Both the position numbers and the translations under genes were made by a program. A stretch of 64,000 nucleotides of DNA from Negaprion brevirostris (taxonomy: Eukaryota), in the NCBI GenBank assembly GCA_030324005.1, contig JARDVH010000031.1, positions 31,335,271 to 31,399,270 of the forward strand, read 5' to 3'. A model generated the notes under the pieces. That model saw only the letters and a program-made list of their open reading frames with translations. It was not told where the DNA came from and did no database searches. Positions 47,601 through 60,237 of the stretch are shown here, piece after piece. How positions within the stretch are numbered: the first letter of the stretch is position 1; each line of letters opens with the position of its first letter.

Positions 47601-50429
47601 CCACATGCTATCTTGGGGAGAGGTATGACTGTCCTCTTACCGACAAGATAAAGGAAACTCTTACTATAACTACTAGATTAACTATAACAAGTCAGAGCCT
47701 ACATCAGTACCCCACCTACCCGGATAAAGAGAGAGGGGCATCAGGATTATCCAACTGATGCCATTTGTGATCTTTCAGCGTACACTTTCATAGGAAGGAT
47801 GCCAGGAACAACATAGCATTACCTCACAAGAAATAGGACACTGTTCTACCGAGGGGGCTCAAACTTCAAAAAGGTGGACAGACTGGAAGTTTCTATATAA
47901 GACCACAGGGAAGAGCTGACCTACTCCTCCAACCAGCCCAATCTCCAACACTAGAAAGTCTTCAACAAAGCTGAACCAAAGCACCGGACTCTGGTCCAGC
48001 GGCTAATAGGATACTACATCCCTAGGGGGAACTAATCTCAAGGAAAAGAGCAGTCCAGAAGCCCCAGAAGGCTATGACTTGGAGAAAGGCAACTTACTCC
48101 CCTGCCCAATATAGTCTCCATTTGACCCAAAAAAAACACTACTGCCCTAACCTACTTATCAACACACCAGAATAAGGGCCAAGAATACTTGTATTAACTT
48201 ATACATTAAACAAAGGAAACTACTCCTGTCTCCAGGCACCCCAGAGGTGCCATTTAGGCCCCACTAACAATGGAATTCAACCCATTTCCTCTCAGCAGAG
48301 AATCTCTGAGAGCCAGATAACATTCCCAACTAATCAAGGAATCACTGTAACTACCCGCTCAGCCAAGTCAACAAAGAAGACAACCTAACTTGGCTAGATA
48401 TCCAAGTATTAGCCAATCATGCTTGGTGTACACCAATACATAGTTCCTCCAGTCTAACAACACCAGAGATGCCAATAACAAAAGAAAAGAACCCAGTCTT
48501 TTCCAGGATGCATGATCTGTCTACACCCTCAAAGGAAACAAGAAAGGATTCCTTATTCTCAAAATAACATAAATACAGAACAAAAACCCAACCCCAATAG
48601 TTCTAATGGGGATTTTCCTCACTTGCAATGAGGGCTTACAAGGCCATAACAACCATTTCTACTCCAAACCACCTACCCACCTCTCTGCTCTGGCATTACT
48701 CATCTTATCTAAAAAATTAAGTGAAAGGTAATAAAAATTGTACTCCCTTGGTGTAAATGCAAGAATTACAGCACATAGGAAAAAACAGGTAAAGATTGCA
48801 CAACCCTCATGTCTTAAAACCAAATCAGCAAACAATCCCTAAACAAGGAAATATCTCCATATTGAAAACACTAAAACACAAGGTTTAGCATTTGACACAA
48901 GGCCAGAAACAAGGTGGTCGGCAGACCCACCTATTTGCCCCGTGCCCCAGTATCAATCATGAAAACCATGAGTGAATGCAATCGGCCATGAACATTAGAC
49001 TACTGTCTCTTCTTCCGCAGTTGGAGCATGCGATGGATGAATGCCATAAAAAAAGACAATCCTGATTTTTGCCATATAACAGGATAACAGGTGACAAATG
49101 CCACTGTGCTCGTATATCATACACCCTTGTAAAGGACAATCACTGGAATTGTACCGCTCGACATGGGAATCGGAGCGGGAAAGGGATGGACAATGGGAAG
49201 CTCCATTGACTTTGGGCAGGATTTTCCACTCTTGGGTTGAGCGAGGCCATATCACATCTGTACCCGCCTTGCTTCCAGCAAGAATGGAGTATTTNNNNNN
49301 NNNNNNNNNNNNNNNNNNNNNNNNNNNNNNNNNNNNNNNNNNNNNNNNNNNNNNNNNNNNNNNNNNNNNNNNNNNNNNNNNNNNNNNNNNNNNNTATCAC
49401 ATCTGTACCCGCCTTGCTTCAAGCAAGAATGGAGTATTTGTCACTCAGCCAAAACTCCATTCACTGCAGCGACTCCGGAGAATCCCAGCCGCAAATGAGG
49501 TTAGAGGTTTTTGGTGAATATTGTAAAAGCACAAGGGACGAATGTTCAAGATTAATGATGAACTGCAGGATAATGTGACCAACAGCAAAGCTTGAAAAGG
49601 CTAAAGCCATGACAAGATCATTAAGCAACATTCAGAATCCATCCAGAGTTTTACTCTGCATCTCCGCCGTGTCATCATCCCGAAACCTCAGTAAAGAAAA
49701 ACCCCAGTGGGTGGTGTGGGCCCAACATGTCCGACCGCCTCCAAAACTTCGCAATGAAGACTGAGGACAGTGGTCAGGATCTTTGACTGACTCCACGTCT
49801 CGAAGAATATGTACAATGTGCTCCATTGAACTTGTGATGCCCAATCCTCAAAGTCAGACTTTGAAAGCGCAGCAACCAGTTCTCAAGTTCGGCTGGGAAT
49901 TCATCCCCAGCTCCCCTCGGGAGACAGGGTGCATGAATACTCCTTCTCCAGTCCCATCTGCCCAAATCAGCCAGGATGTTCAATATACCATGCAGCAGGA
50001 TTTCCAAGGACTGAAAGTGAGCCTTCACTGAGGAACCTGCCCTCTTGATGACGGGTTTCGCTTCTCCACTTCATTTAGGATATCTCACAATTCATCAATC
50101 TGAGCACCAGAAATCTGTGCGGGGGAGCTGGGACCGTTGTCCACACCTCCACTCATAATGGCGGCATCACCAAAGTGTGAGCCCATTCACCAGCGAAACC
50201 ACCTGTGCGGAATAAACCATCTCCAACTACCTTAACCAAGAAAGGATTTTCTTCATTTATTCTGATTCCCTTTGCCAAAATTCAGCCAGGATCTTTACAC
50301 TTCAGGATCAGCTAATTATGAGTTGTACACCAAGATAAAAAATGGATTAAAACATGAATAATGCCAGACCTTGTGAAAACACAGTAGCTCCCATGCTTTC
50401 ATCAGGTGCTGGTGTCTCCCAAATTCATG

Positions 50430-51020
50430 CTAATCTTTCTCAGAAATCCTCATCTGAATCTCTTTAATCAATGGCCTTTACTACTGTATCTCCATGACTA
50501 TGACAAAGCTGAACTATTTCCCTGGTTCTCTGGAATTGTCTTTGACATAATCGATTGCATCCTCCTCCTCCTTCTCTAATACCTCTCCACTGTAATCTGG
50601 CTGGGTCAGACTGCATTCTCATGGCTCTTATCTGTCTAATTATAGCCAGAGGTCGACCTGCAATACTTTTCTCAGCTCCTTCTCTGCTGCCTCTGTTATC
50701 CTCTCTGTCTTGCCTGCTTGCTGCCTCCTGGTGACATCACCTGAAAATGCAGCATCAATTCCCACATGGATGCTGGTGACACCCAGTTGACTGTCATCTC
50801 CTTCAACTCCTTCACTCTCTCTTCACTCCGTCCGACTGCTTTTCCAACATCCAGTGCTGGATGGACAGGAATGTCATCCAATTAAATATGGCTTGGGTAC
50901 ACTGCCACATACCTGTTCCCCTGGACTCCATCACTGACCGTGGCAACTGTCTGAGACTGTTTGTTTGTAGCTTGGTGTCATATTTGATTCCAAGACAAAT
51001 TTATAACAGTATCCTCACAC
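50430..51020 (+). mobile_element. L2 LINE RT fragment
   Basis: Degenerate 'FDxIDxILL' (TTTGACATAATCGATTGCATCCTCCTC) and 'HxYADDTQL' (CACATGGATGCTGGTGACACCCAGTTG) motifs. Confidence 0.65.
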
Positions 51021-51354
51021 CAGCACTCCTATTTCTTATTTATAAGGTGCAAGAATGAAAGTGAGTTAAACAGCCATTCTGTCAAATGAAAGGATCTGGA
51101 GAATTACAGGAGTTGTCTATCCACAAAGAAAGTTCAAGAGCAATCAATGTCTATTCCAGTTTCTGAGTGTATCCAAAATGGATCATTGCTACGTAATGAG
51201 TGGGTTTTGTGACCTTGTAGGGACAAACCAATGTTGGCTCATTTCCATCTCACCAGCAGAGTGTTTTCCTCAATTGATGTTTATTCTTGCTGTAAAAGAG
51301 CTATAAACCTATGAAACTTGTCCAGCAAAATGACTGGAGCTTCATGATGAAACA

Positions 51355-51655
51355 TCTTTTTTTATTCATTCATGGGACATGGGCATAGTTGCCTGAAGGC
51401 AATTTAAAGTCAACCACATTGCTGTGGGTCTGGAGTCACATGTAAGCCAGACCAGGTATGGTTGTCAGATTTCCTGCCTTAAAGGACATTTGTGAACCAA
51501 ATGGGTTTTCCCGACAATTGACAATAGTTCTATAGTCATCAGTAGAGTCTTAATTCCAATTTTTTAATTGAATTCAAAATCTGCCACTTACCATGGCGGG
51601 ATTTGAACCCAGGTCCCCAGAACATTAGCTGAGCTTCTGAATTAATAGTCTTGTG
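51355..51655 (-). mobile_element. SINE of the 32780 family
   Basis: Reverse complement of 32780-33155 (GTCAACCACATTGCTGTGGGTCTGGAGTCACATG). Confidence 0.8.
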
Positions 51656-52001
51656 ATAATACCTTCCCCTAACCCATCTATAGCCTTATAATTTTCTGGG
51701 AGAGGCAAGCAACAAAAAAGCTCCAAGGGTCAAGCTCGGAAAGAATACACAGGGAAATTTGCCTCTGACTGCTAACTGGACTTCCCCCCCTCAATATCCC
51801 ATCCACCCTCCCACCCTCAAAAAAAATCCCATCCAGTTAATACCTTGCTGAAATCAAGTGAGATCAGTGTCTCAAAATCATAGAGCCTCTTCAATGTTGG
51901 GATTTGCAACAGGCCTGTTCAGTGCCCCAAAATCTTAAAAACCTATCTAAATAAGATGAGTCATTGTTCAAGCATTTAATGTGCTTCCTTCCATTGCACA
52001 G

Positions 52002-52100
52002 GGCTCTCCAGGAACAAGTGGTGCTGCAGGGTTTCCAGGGCCTCCTGGATCTACTGGCCCTAGAGGGAACACTGGACCTACCGGGATCAAAGGTCAAAGG
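52002..52100 (+). CDS. col5a2: Collagen exon, 99 bp: [33 protein letters not shown]
   Basis: gcacag|GGC...AGG|gtaagg; 11 triplets; seen in ORF 51981..52175. Confidence 0.97.
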
Positions 52101-52489
52101 GTAAGGGATTTATTTATTCAAATAATACAATATCATATGCCAATTTTAGCATCAATTTATTACCTCTTTCTCTAGGGATAAAATGAAGTTCAGTGTTAAA
52201 AGACTTTGGTGGTATTGATGTATGCATTCATGTTGTATAAAGGGGCAAACAAATGTCTATATTCACTATTCAGTTTTATTTTTTGCATTGAATAATGTTT
52301 ATAAAATAGGACTACTCCAAATCACCATGAATAAACATTGTGGCATAAACTAACAATATATTTGCAGCATGGCGATCACATATCAATTGAAAAAAGTCAT
52401 TTAATTCGACAAGGTTCACCATCAGATTTACCTCAGGATCTCTGGCAACAAGTGGTTGAAGTGTATAAACCCCCCAAAAGAAATAGAAA

Positions 52490-52990
52490 AAGAAAATTCA
52501 GGAAATACACAGTGAGTCAGGTACCACATCTGGAGAGATTGGAAGAAAGTTAACATTTCAGGTTGGTGACCTTTCAACAGAGCTGGAAAAAGTTCAGAGA
52601 TGTAGCTCAGAATGTTCCAGCCATTCATGCCCCAGCGCCGCATCAGGTGAGGACGGAGAATTGGGCGCACAGCCAAATCTCCATTCACAGGACCAGACAA
52701 TCCCGCTGGTATCATTGGCCAGACGCTTTTTAAGCAAGAACAGAGGTAGAGAATCAATTCAAAAAGAAAATACTGTTGATACTACAGATCTGATGTATAA
52801 ACAGAAAATGCTGCAAATGCTCAAATCAAGCTGCATCAATGGAGAGAGAAACATAGTTAACATCTGATCTGACTTTCAGAAGAATGGGGAAAAAGTAAGA
52901 GATGTAACAGGTTTTAGTCAAGTGCAGAAACAGAGAAAGAGGGGAGGGATGTGAGAATGGAAGGGAAAGTCCATGATAGGGTTCATGCCA
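52490..52990 (-). mobile_element. Two old Penelope-derived fragments with a MITE (~52605-52715) between them
   Basis: CAGAAAATGCTG.AAAT.CTCA..GGAGAGAGAAACA.AGTTAACA pattern as at 4062; minus strand has decayed core CTGTTGAAAGGTC..ACCTGAAATGTT. Confidence 0.55.
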
Positions 52991-53557
52991 GGACTAATTA
53001 AATGCCAAATGGAATGATGATGCGTAAAAATAAGTTGCGACTAGAACAAGTAAAGTGTTCCGTAATTTATTTTACAGACACAAAATGCAATGTAAAATCA
53101 AAAACTGACAAACAGGACACTATCAACCCAGTATCTATGACAATTTCGTCCAGCAGGGATTAACGTTTGCAAATCTGGGGCATCTATTATATCAGAATGT
53201 TTTCTCAGCAGATAGAGAATGCATTGACTGAAGTTTCAGTGAGATTGTATTGTTCTTTTCCACACCATTCACTCAAAATCAGCCAATCCAGTGCAAAAGA
53301 TTGCAGATATTTTAGCCCAGGTTACATCCAGTGCAATCTGAGTTTCCACCTTCTTTTGCGCTGGTTTAAAAATTGAACTAGGAGTGGCCTTACCCATTAG
53401 ACTGGCCCCAACTTCAGCGAGTTAACTAAGCCAATGAAAATGAAACCTGAGTTATTCTTGATACAGGATGTTGGTAGGTGAATGAAGGTGGGTTAGTGAT
53501 TGGAGCAGTGTATGAGGTTCATTTGTGATGCTATGGCTCTTGATAATGCATTCACTG

Positions 53558-53770
53558 ACCTTGACCACTCATGAGGTCATTGAACATCTTGCTGTGTTGC
53601 ATCCAGACTTCTTGCATTGAGTGCTTTGGCTATGTGCTTTCACTACCTTCTCTATGGGTGTCTGCAGGGCCATCTTGTCCTCTGTGGATAGAGGATCTCT
53701 CCCTAATCACTTCATGCAACAGGTCTCCAGGCCTGCATTAGAGAACTGTATGGCCCACTGTATGCCCATT
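53558..53770 (-). pseudogene. Fossil Harbinger Myb/SANT-like DNA-binding ORF
   Basis: With frameshifts and stops reads FSNAGLET/LHEVIR/ILYPQRTRWPCRH..KHIAKALNARS/WMQHSKMFNDL. Confidence 0.6.
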
Positions 53771-54766
53771 TGATTCCAAGACAAAGCATTATTTCTCAGA
53801 ATTCTTCCTGCCTAGGCACTCCTTTGTAACCACTTCCAGTATTTGCTAAAGCCTGAATGCATCTTTAAGGAGTGCAGGTTAGTTTTAAGGAATGCATGCT
53901 AGCTTTAAATGAGGCTAGCCTCAAGTAAATGCTGTCCCCCCTCCCCATATAGTGATGGCCTGTACGGCACTCAAAGAATTGAGTGGTCAGCACAATATTG
54001 CCTGAATTGTAAGGAATGCAATGGTCGGTGCACGCTTGGGGGGGGGGGCCTATGCTGTAATTTTCTTTGTTCTTTGAATAGGTGAGGATTAACCTGCAAT
54101 TCCATGTATATTTGTGGGGACAAACCAATTTGTCCTCACGGAATCCTAGAGCATTGAAGGAGATCTTTCACCCCTACATGGTTGTGTTGGCAATCTGGAA
54201 GCTTTAATCACTTAATCCCATTCACTTCCCTTCCCCATTCCTTTCAAAATGTTTATTTTACAAAGATTCCGTTTTAAAGAGCCATAATGGTTTCCATAAC
54301 TGTTCCTGACAAGGTCTTTCATGCCCTAAAAAATCTTTGGCTGGACTTTTCTGACTGTTCACGCCAGCGAGATTTTCCCATCCCACTGCAATGAATGGAG
54401 CTTAGGCTTGTCGCCAAATACTCTGACTTCGCTGCAGTGAGAAGATCAGGCCCTTTGTCTTAAAATTAATTCTCCTTCATTGATTTTGGTAAAGTTCTTA
54501 AATTTATGCTGTCCATTCGTTGACTCACCAACCAACAGAAATCCTTTAGACTTCTCAAAGCGTGGATATGTTTTTACGATCATGAATGTAATTCATTCTA
54601 TTACATAGAATGGCATTGACATGTTGGGCTGAAGGACATGTTTCAGTGCTGTATATCTCTATGACTCTAATAGAGGATAATAAATAAATCGATGAAGTGA
54701 CATGTTCTTCACAAGTTAGCGATGAGTTATTTCACTGATGCTCGCAATATTGTTTCCTTCTTTCAG

Positions 54767-54820
54767 GGAGAGCCAGGACAATTAGGCTATAAGGGAGAAC
54801 GTGGATCTAAGGGCGAGCCT
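54767..54820 (+). CDS. col5a2: Collagen exon, 54 bp: GEPGQLGYKGERGSKGEP
   Basis: tttcag|GGA...CCT|gtaagt; 6 triplets. Confidence 0.97.
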
Positions 54821-55351
54821 GTAAGTTGCACTATCTTCCACTATCTTATTTTGTTGTAAAGGTGCAAGGGATATTATAAAATGGAATCAGAAATTGAGCA
54901 TATTTTTCATTTTTTTACTCACCTTCTTTTATTTCCCCTCTCTTCAATCACCCATCAAATATATTATTGCAATGCAATTCAGTAAAATTGGAATAAAGAT
55001 TGTGTTTTGTTTCTGAACGGACAATTCATTTGCAACATAATTAGAGAATGAGAAGCATTATTCATCTATGTTGGAACGTGATAATATAGCTTTAATGGCG
55101 ATGTGGCTATAATATAGACTGTACAGGAAATTAGATATTCTGAGCTATAACATTTCTAGGATAGAAAATATTATTATCAAAATTCTGGTGTTGCAATTCA
55201 CAGCATCATGCCCTGTTGCTAAAAAAATGTTTCCCCGGTTCCTATTCCAAATCTCTTTAACTAAGGGCAGAAATTTTCTGCAGCCCTCCTCATGATGTGT
55301 TTTGCTGTGGCAGAGGAAACCCACCACCGGCTAGTGGCAAAATCACCTGGT

Positions 55352-55667
55352 CATAGAATCCTAGAATTCATACTGTACAGAAGGCCATTCAGCCCATCGA
55401 GTCTGCACCGGCCACAATCCCACCCACATCCTATCCTCGTAACCCTACTTATTTACCCTACTAACCTCCTGACATTAAGGGACAATTTAACATGGCCAAT
55501 CAACCTAAATTGCTTATATTTGGAGTGTGGGTGGAAACTGGAGCACTTGGAGGAAACGCACACAGACATGGGGAGAATGTGCAAACTCCACACAGACAGT
55601 GACCCAAGCCAGGAATCAAACCTGCGTCCCTGGCACTGTGAGGCAGCAATGCTAACCACTGTGCCAC
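55352..55667 (-). mobile_element. HE1-type V-SINE
   Basis: Same head, core and tail; directly follows a short MITE at ~55264-55350. Confidence 0.9.
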
Positions 55668-56412
55668 AGGTCCCATTGCTGGCAACAGGGTTTCATTGTT
55701 CTTTGTAGCCAGGGTGGGGGGGGAGTGTGGATGCAGAGGGATTGTTATCAGCAGGGCCAGAAAATCCCCCTGGTGGGTACAGCTGGAAAATCTCACCTCT
55801 GATATCAGTGTCACCTTGAGCTGTCAACCACACTATCTATTCATTCTGTCACTTTAAAGTTGAAATAGCAAAGAGAAAGGTTTGGAGAAATTTCATTTGG
55901 AGTGGATTGTNNNNNNNNNNNNNNNNNNNNNNNNNNNNNNNNNNNNNNNNNNNNNNNNNNNNNNNNNNNNNNNNNNNNGATAAATATTTAAAGCAGAGAA
56001 AGATACAAGACTTTGAGGTGAATCATGCAACAGAGAAGGAGGCTATTTGACCATCAACCCTGTGCTGATTCTCTGAAAGATTAGCCCCATTCTCCTGTCC
56101 TTTCCTCATTTCACTGATTTTGTTTTCTCATTTTAGATAGAAATTTATTTCCCTTTTGAAAGTCACTATTGAATTCCAGATCATGACAACTCAGTGAATT
56201 TGAAGAATAAGTCTGGGCCTGTGTCCTCTGGTTACCAAACCCTGTCAGTAAGAACAGTAGCTCCCTCTCGTCTCTAACTAAATACCTTATAATTTTGAAC
56301 ACCTCTATTAAAAGTACCGCTTACCTTTTTACATTCTAAGAAGCGTATTGCTGATTTATCTGGAATCTCGACATTACGGATATCATTCTGACAAATTGCC
56401 TCTCCAAGACTT

Positions 56413-57428
56413 GGGCTGGGATTTGCCCCAGTATTAGCAAAGGCCAATATCAGGCAGGTAAAGCAGCTTTGAAGCCATCAGTTGCCTTGACGGATTTCTC
56501 CGCCACATAGTGTGGTACTTTGAATAATATCTGTTAGTTCTGGGTCCCGCGATGTATTGCTGGCAGGCAGCCTATAATTCACCCCCACCTCCAGCAATGC
56601 ACAGAGTCATAGAATCCTATAGCGGAGAAGGAGGCCATTCTGCCCATCAAATCTGCACTGACCACAATCCCACCCAGCCTCTCTCCCCATAATCCCATGC
56701 ATTTATTCTAGCGAGTCCCCCTAACACTAAAGGGCAATTTAGCATGGCCAATCCACCCAACCTGGATATCTTTGGAGTGTAGGAGGAAACCGGAGCACCC
56801 AGAGAAAACCCATGCAGACATGGGGAGAGTGTGCAAACTTCACACAGGCAATGACCTGAGACTGGAAATGAACCTGGGTTCCTGGCACTGTGAAGCAGCA
56901 GTACTAGCCACTGTGCCACTGTACTGCCTCTGAAACCTGATCCGGGATGCTGTTTCTAAAGGCCACCCCAGCACACAGCGAGCAAAGCAATTCACCCAGA
57001 TGTCCCCATTGGCACTCCTGGAACCGCCCCCACCCCCCCCATCTCCTGGCTGTACCCAGGCATCACCCTGGCTTCAAGCTGTTGCTACCTGGGCAGGACC
57101 AGGCATAAGACTGTCCGTGCTGAACGCTGCACTCACCTGAGCTCTCCTTAGGTTTGCGTGACAGGTGCATGTTTTCAGAAACCAGTGGTGCTTCACACTG
57201 TTCTGCTGTCATGCCGCTTGGGTGTATTCTGGCACATGGGCCTGATAATGATACGCAAAATTAATTATAATGAGGTTCCCGTTGTGAAACGCGGCCTGTC
57301 ACGGCCAAGAGGAGGGGACAACTGCATCATGCTTTCACGCTGACAGGAAACAAGACTTTGCATTTTTCACAATATTTTCCATTCCCGTGATCGAGTCCAC
57401 CTGAGTATGGGTGCAGAAAATCCCGGCC
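56413..57428. mobile_element. Non-autonomous Harbinger-type element containing a V-SINE
   Basis: Ends GGCTGGGATTT / AAATCCCGGCC; sits within fragmented CR1-like sequence. Confidence 0.55.
56607..56928 (-). mobile_element. HE1-type V-SINE
   Basis: Same head, core and tail as the other copies. Confidence 0.9.
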
Positions 57429-58435
57429 AAGACATTCTTTCTAAATTGTGTTGCCCAGAATTGAGCTCAGTGTTGCAGCTAAGGTCTAACGGATGCTTTA
57501 TAAATATTAAAATAACTTCCTTGTTTTGTATTTTATTGACCAGAAGTTAATGGAACTCATGGGAGCAGCTTGGGAGGCAGGGCGGGCTATAGAATCAAGA
57601 GGCAAGACTCGGCGTGGAGTACCCATTGCCTTTTTGACACCACGTAATTATCTTGGAGGTGGGAAAGGTTGATGACAGCCTTCCCACCCAGAGGCCGAGG
57701 GCTTCTTCCTGCTGCTGGAATACTACTAGTTGTGGGCGGGGAGGTTGGGGGGGGCTCCATTGAACAGACTTGGTAAAACCTAGTGTCTCTCNNNNNNNNN
57801 NNNNNNNNNNNNNNNNNNNNNNNNNNNNNNNNNNNNNNNNNNNNNNNNNNNNNNNNNNNNNNNNNNNNNNNNNNNNNNNNNNNNNNNNNNNTGGGGAACA
57901 CCTAGTGTCACTCTGCAGGCATGGGGAGAGAGTGGGGGGCTCCGCATCTGGCACCTAGTCACCCATGGAGGCACTTGTGTTGGCAAGGGCCATTCTCTCC
58001 TCCTCACCATCATGCATAACTCCATTTCTGTCAGGGTCTGCCAGACTGACCTCAGTCACCCTGACCCCACTTGTCTCAATTCCTTCGCAGCTGCTTTGAT
58101 TTAGTTGCCATTCTAGCAGCGGCCACTGGTCACAGGGGAACTAAGGAGTTGGCTGCAGTTCTCGGAGGCAGGAATCTTCGCCCTAAAATTATTGGACGCC
58201 TTGGGGCAGGCAACCAATTGTCTGGTGGCCTCAGAATTAGGACAAGGCCATGTCAGGGTTGGACTTAGCTTCCCAACCTGCTCTCTACATTAAATTCAAC
58301 CCTATGCCTCTGTTTATAAAGATAGGTCATGTATATTTTTAACAATGTCAACTTTTCCTGCCACTTTCAAATGTTGGCATATGTCAGCACCCTGTTTAAA
58401 TTTATACCACCCAGTTAACACTGCTTATAGAAGAA

Positions 58436-58997
58436 TCATAGAACCCGACAGTGCAGAAAGAAGCCCTTCGGCCCATCGAGTCTGCACCAACCACAATCCC
58501 ACCGAGGCCCTACCCCCATATCCCTACATATTTTACCCACTAATCCCTCTAACCTAAGCATCTTAGGACACTGAGGGGCAATTTTAGCATGGCCAATCAA
58601 CCTAACCCGCACATCTTTGGACTGTGGAAGGAAACCGGAGCACCTGGAGGAAACCCACNNNNNNNNNNNNNNNNNNNNNNNNNNNNNNNNNNNNNNNNNN
58701 NNNNNNNNNNNNNNNNNNNNNNNNNNNNNNNNNNNNNNNNNNNNNNNNNNNNNNNNNNAGTCTGCACCAACCACAATCCCACGCAGGCCCTTATCCCTAC
58801 ATATTTTATCCACTAATCCCTCTAACCTATGCATCTCAGGACACTAAGGGTAAATTTTAGCATGGCCAATCAACCTAGCCTGCACATCTTTGGACTGTGG
58901 GAGGAAACCGGAGCATCCAGAGAAAACACACGCAGACACGAGGAGAATGTGCAAACTCCCCACAGATGGTGACCCAAGCCGGGAATCGAACGCAGGA
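58436..58997 (-). mobile_element. Two HE1-type V-SINE segments either side of a 100-N gap
   Basis: 58436-58658 and 58759-58997 cover overlapping parts of the SINE but differ in sequence. Confidence 0.8.
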
Positions 58998-59313
58998 TGC
59001 TTCTCATCAATCTTTCTTTCAAATGCATCTCTTCATGCTTTTCTGTATTAAATTTTATTTGCCATGTGCCTGTCCATTTCACCTGTCAGGGATTTCATTT
59101 TGATGAGCTATTTTAAATCACTTCAGTCTCGTAAGAAGTATCAAGTTTGCAAGGGATTTTCCCACATAGCCTAAGATATGAATGTACATCAAAACATTAC
59201 AAGGTAATGCGATAGGTAAATTACTATTTTGCTTAGAAATAATCCAAAGAAATGGTGTGAACTGATTCAGAATTGTATTACCTATCTGACCTATTCTTCT
59301 CTGATCCACCCAG

Positions 59314-59421
59314 GGTCCACCTGGTCCACAGGGAGCTCTTGGTCCAATGGGTGAAGAAGGCAAGAGAGGACAACGTGGTGACCCTGGCACAGTGGGTCCT
59401 CCTGGTACAGTGGGAGAAAGA
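59314..59421 (+). CDS. col5a2: Collagen exon, 108 bp: [36 protein letters not shown] (contains RGD)
   Basis: acccag|GGT...AGA|gtaaga; 12 triplets; conserved GEEGKRG motif. Confidence 0.97.
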
Positions 59422-59957
59422 GTAAGAACATGAGGAGAATTACATTATAGCTGAAACGTAACTGAAAAATATTAATAATGTTTGAAAAGTCCTGTAAAAC
59501 CTTTTGGAGAATATCAATAAGATTATCATCTAACCAGGATGTGTGTTTTTAAATTACTAAACATTGCATTGTATTGAAAGATATGGTATATCAATAATTA
59601 ATAGACAGTTTGATGGATGCCAGCTATGTATTTCACCAATTTATCACAGAGGGATCACTGTTGTAGTGGCTACATTCAATCACTGTGACCCAAGGTGAGG
59701 CAACAGTGAAAATCAGTTGGGGTTCCTTCTCCTGATCTTCATCAATGGGCGAGAGCAGAATTAGGACAGACCATGACTCTCAAATGAAATTACCCATGCT
59801 TGCCAATGAATCATAGGTTCTTGGGAATGCTACCAAGAGACATTGCCTATTGATCTGAGTTGGAGCAAAAATGGGAGGATAAAAGAGAGTGTGAAATTAT
59901 CTATTCACTGTCAGTCATTTGTCATTTAAATTCAGAGTTTTTTAAAATTTTAACTAG

Positions 59958-60011
59958 GGTCCTCCAGGAAATCGGGGTTTCCCAGGTCAGGATGGGCTAC
60001 CCGGGCCAAAA
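59958..60011 (+). CDS. col5a2: Collagen exon, 54 bp: GPPGNRGFPGQDGLPGPK
   Basis: aactag|GGT...AAA|gtaagt; 6 triplets. Confidence 0.97.
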
Positions 60012-60138
60012 GTAAGTGCATAATTGTTATTTTTTTTTAAGCAATTCAACGTTCTTAGAAATGCCATTATTAAGATTGGAAACTCTTAGAAAGGACTTTT
60101 GGTCAATACTAATGAAGGATATGATCTTTACATCATAG

Positions 60139-60237
60139 GGTGCTCAAGGTCATCGTGGTATAACAGGTCCTGCAGGTCCTAAAGGATCACCAGGTGATCC
60201 TGGTCGCCCTGGTGATCGTGGCCTCCCAGGTGCAAGG
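60139..60237 (+). CDS. col5a2: Collagen exon, 99 bp: [33 protein letters not shown]
   Basis: tcatag|GGT...AGG|gtaaga; 11 triplets. Confidence 0.97.

Larger units (their letters stand above)
46720..50420 (-). mobile_element. Old, internally deleted L1/Tx1-like LINE hosting nested insertions
   Basis: Poly-T and TTTATT at 46720-46742 (poly-A and AATAAA on minus), degenerate endonuclease-like region at ~48500 and ORF1-like region at 49550-50100; motifs are heavily decayed. Confidence 0.45.

Noticed and set aside
49250-49439. 45-bp direct repeat flanking a gap, suggesting LTRs or a long TSD
   Set aside because: Near-identical copies (one mismatch) abut a 100-N placeholder gap; most likely an unmerged contig or haplotype overlap.
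24932-52001. Missing, duplicated or alternative Gly-X-Y exons, or a nested gene, in the two large introns
   Set aside because: The canonical exon series is complete without them and I found no further AG-(Gly-X-Y)n-GT block; N gaps cannot be examined.
58436-58997. Dimeric SINE
   Set aside because: The junction is an unsized 100-N gap, so a tandem insertion cannot be told from an assembly artefact.
59118-59390. Antisense Pro/Gly-rich ORFs over collagen exons (also 9217..9510, 39338..39532, 51891..52097)
   Set aside because: Expected shadow frames of GGN-CCN-rich codons; no independent gene structure.
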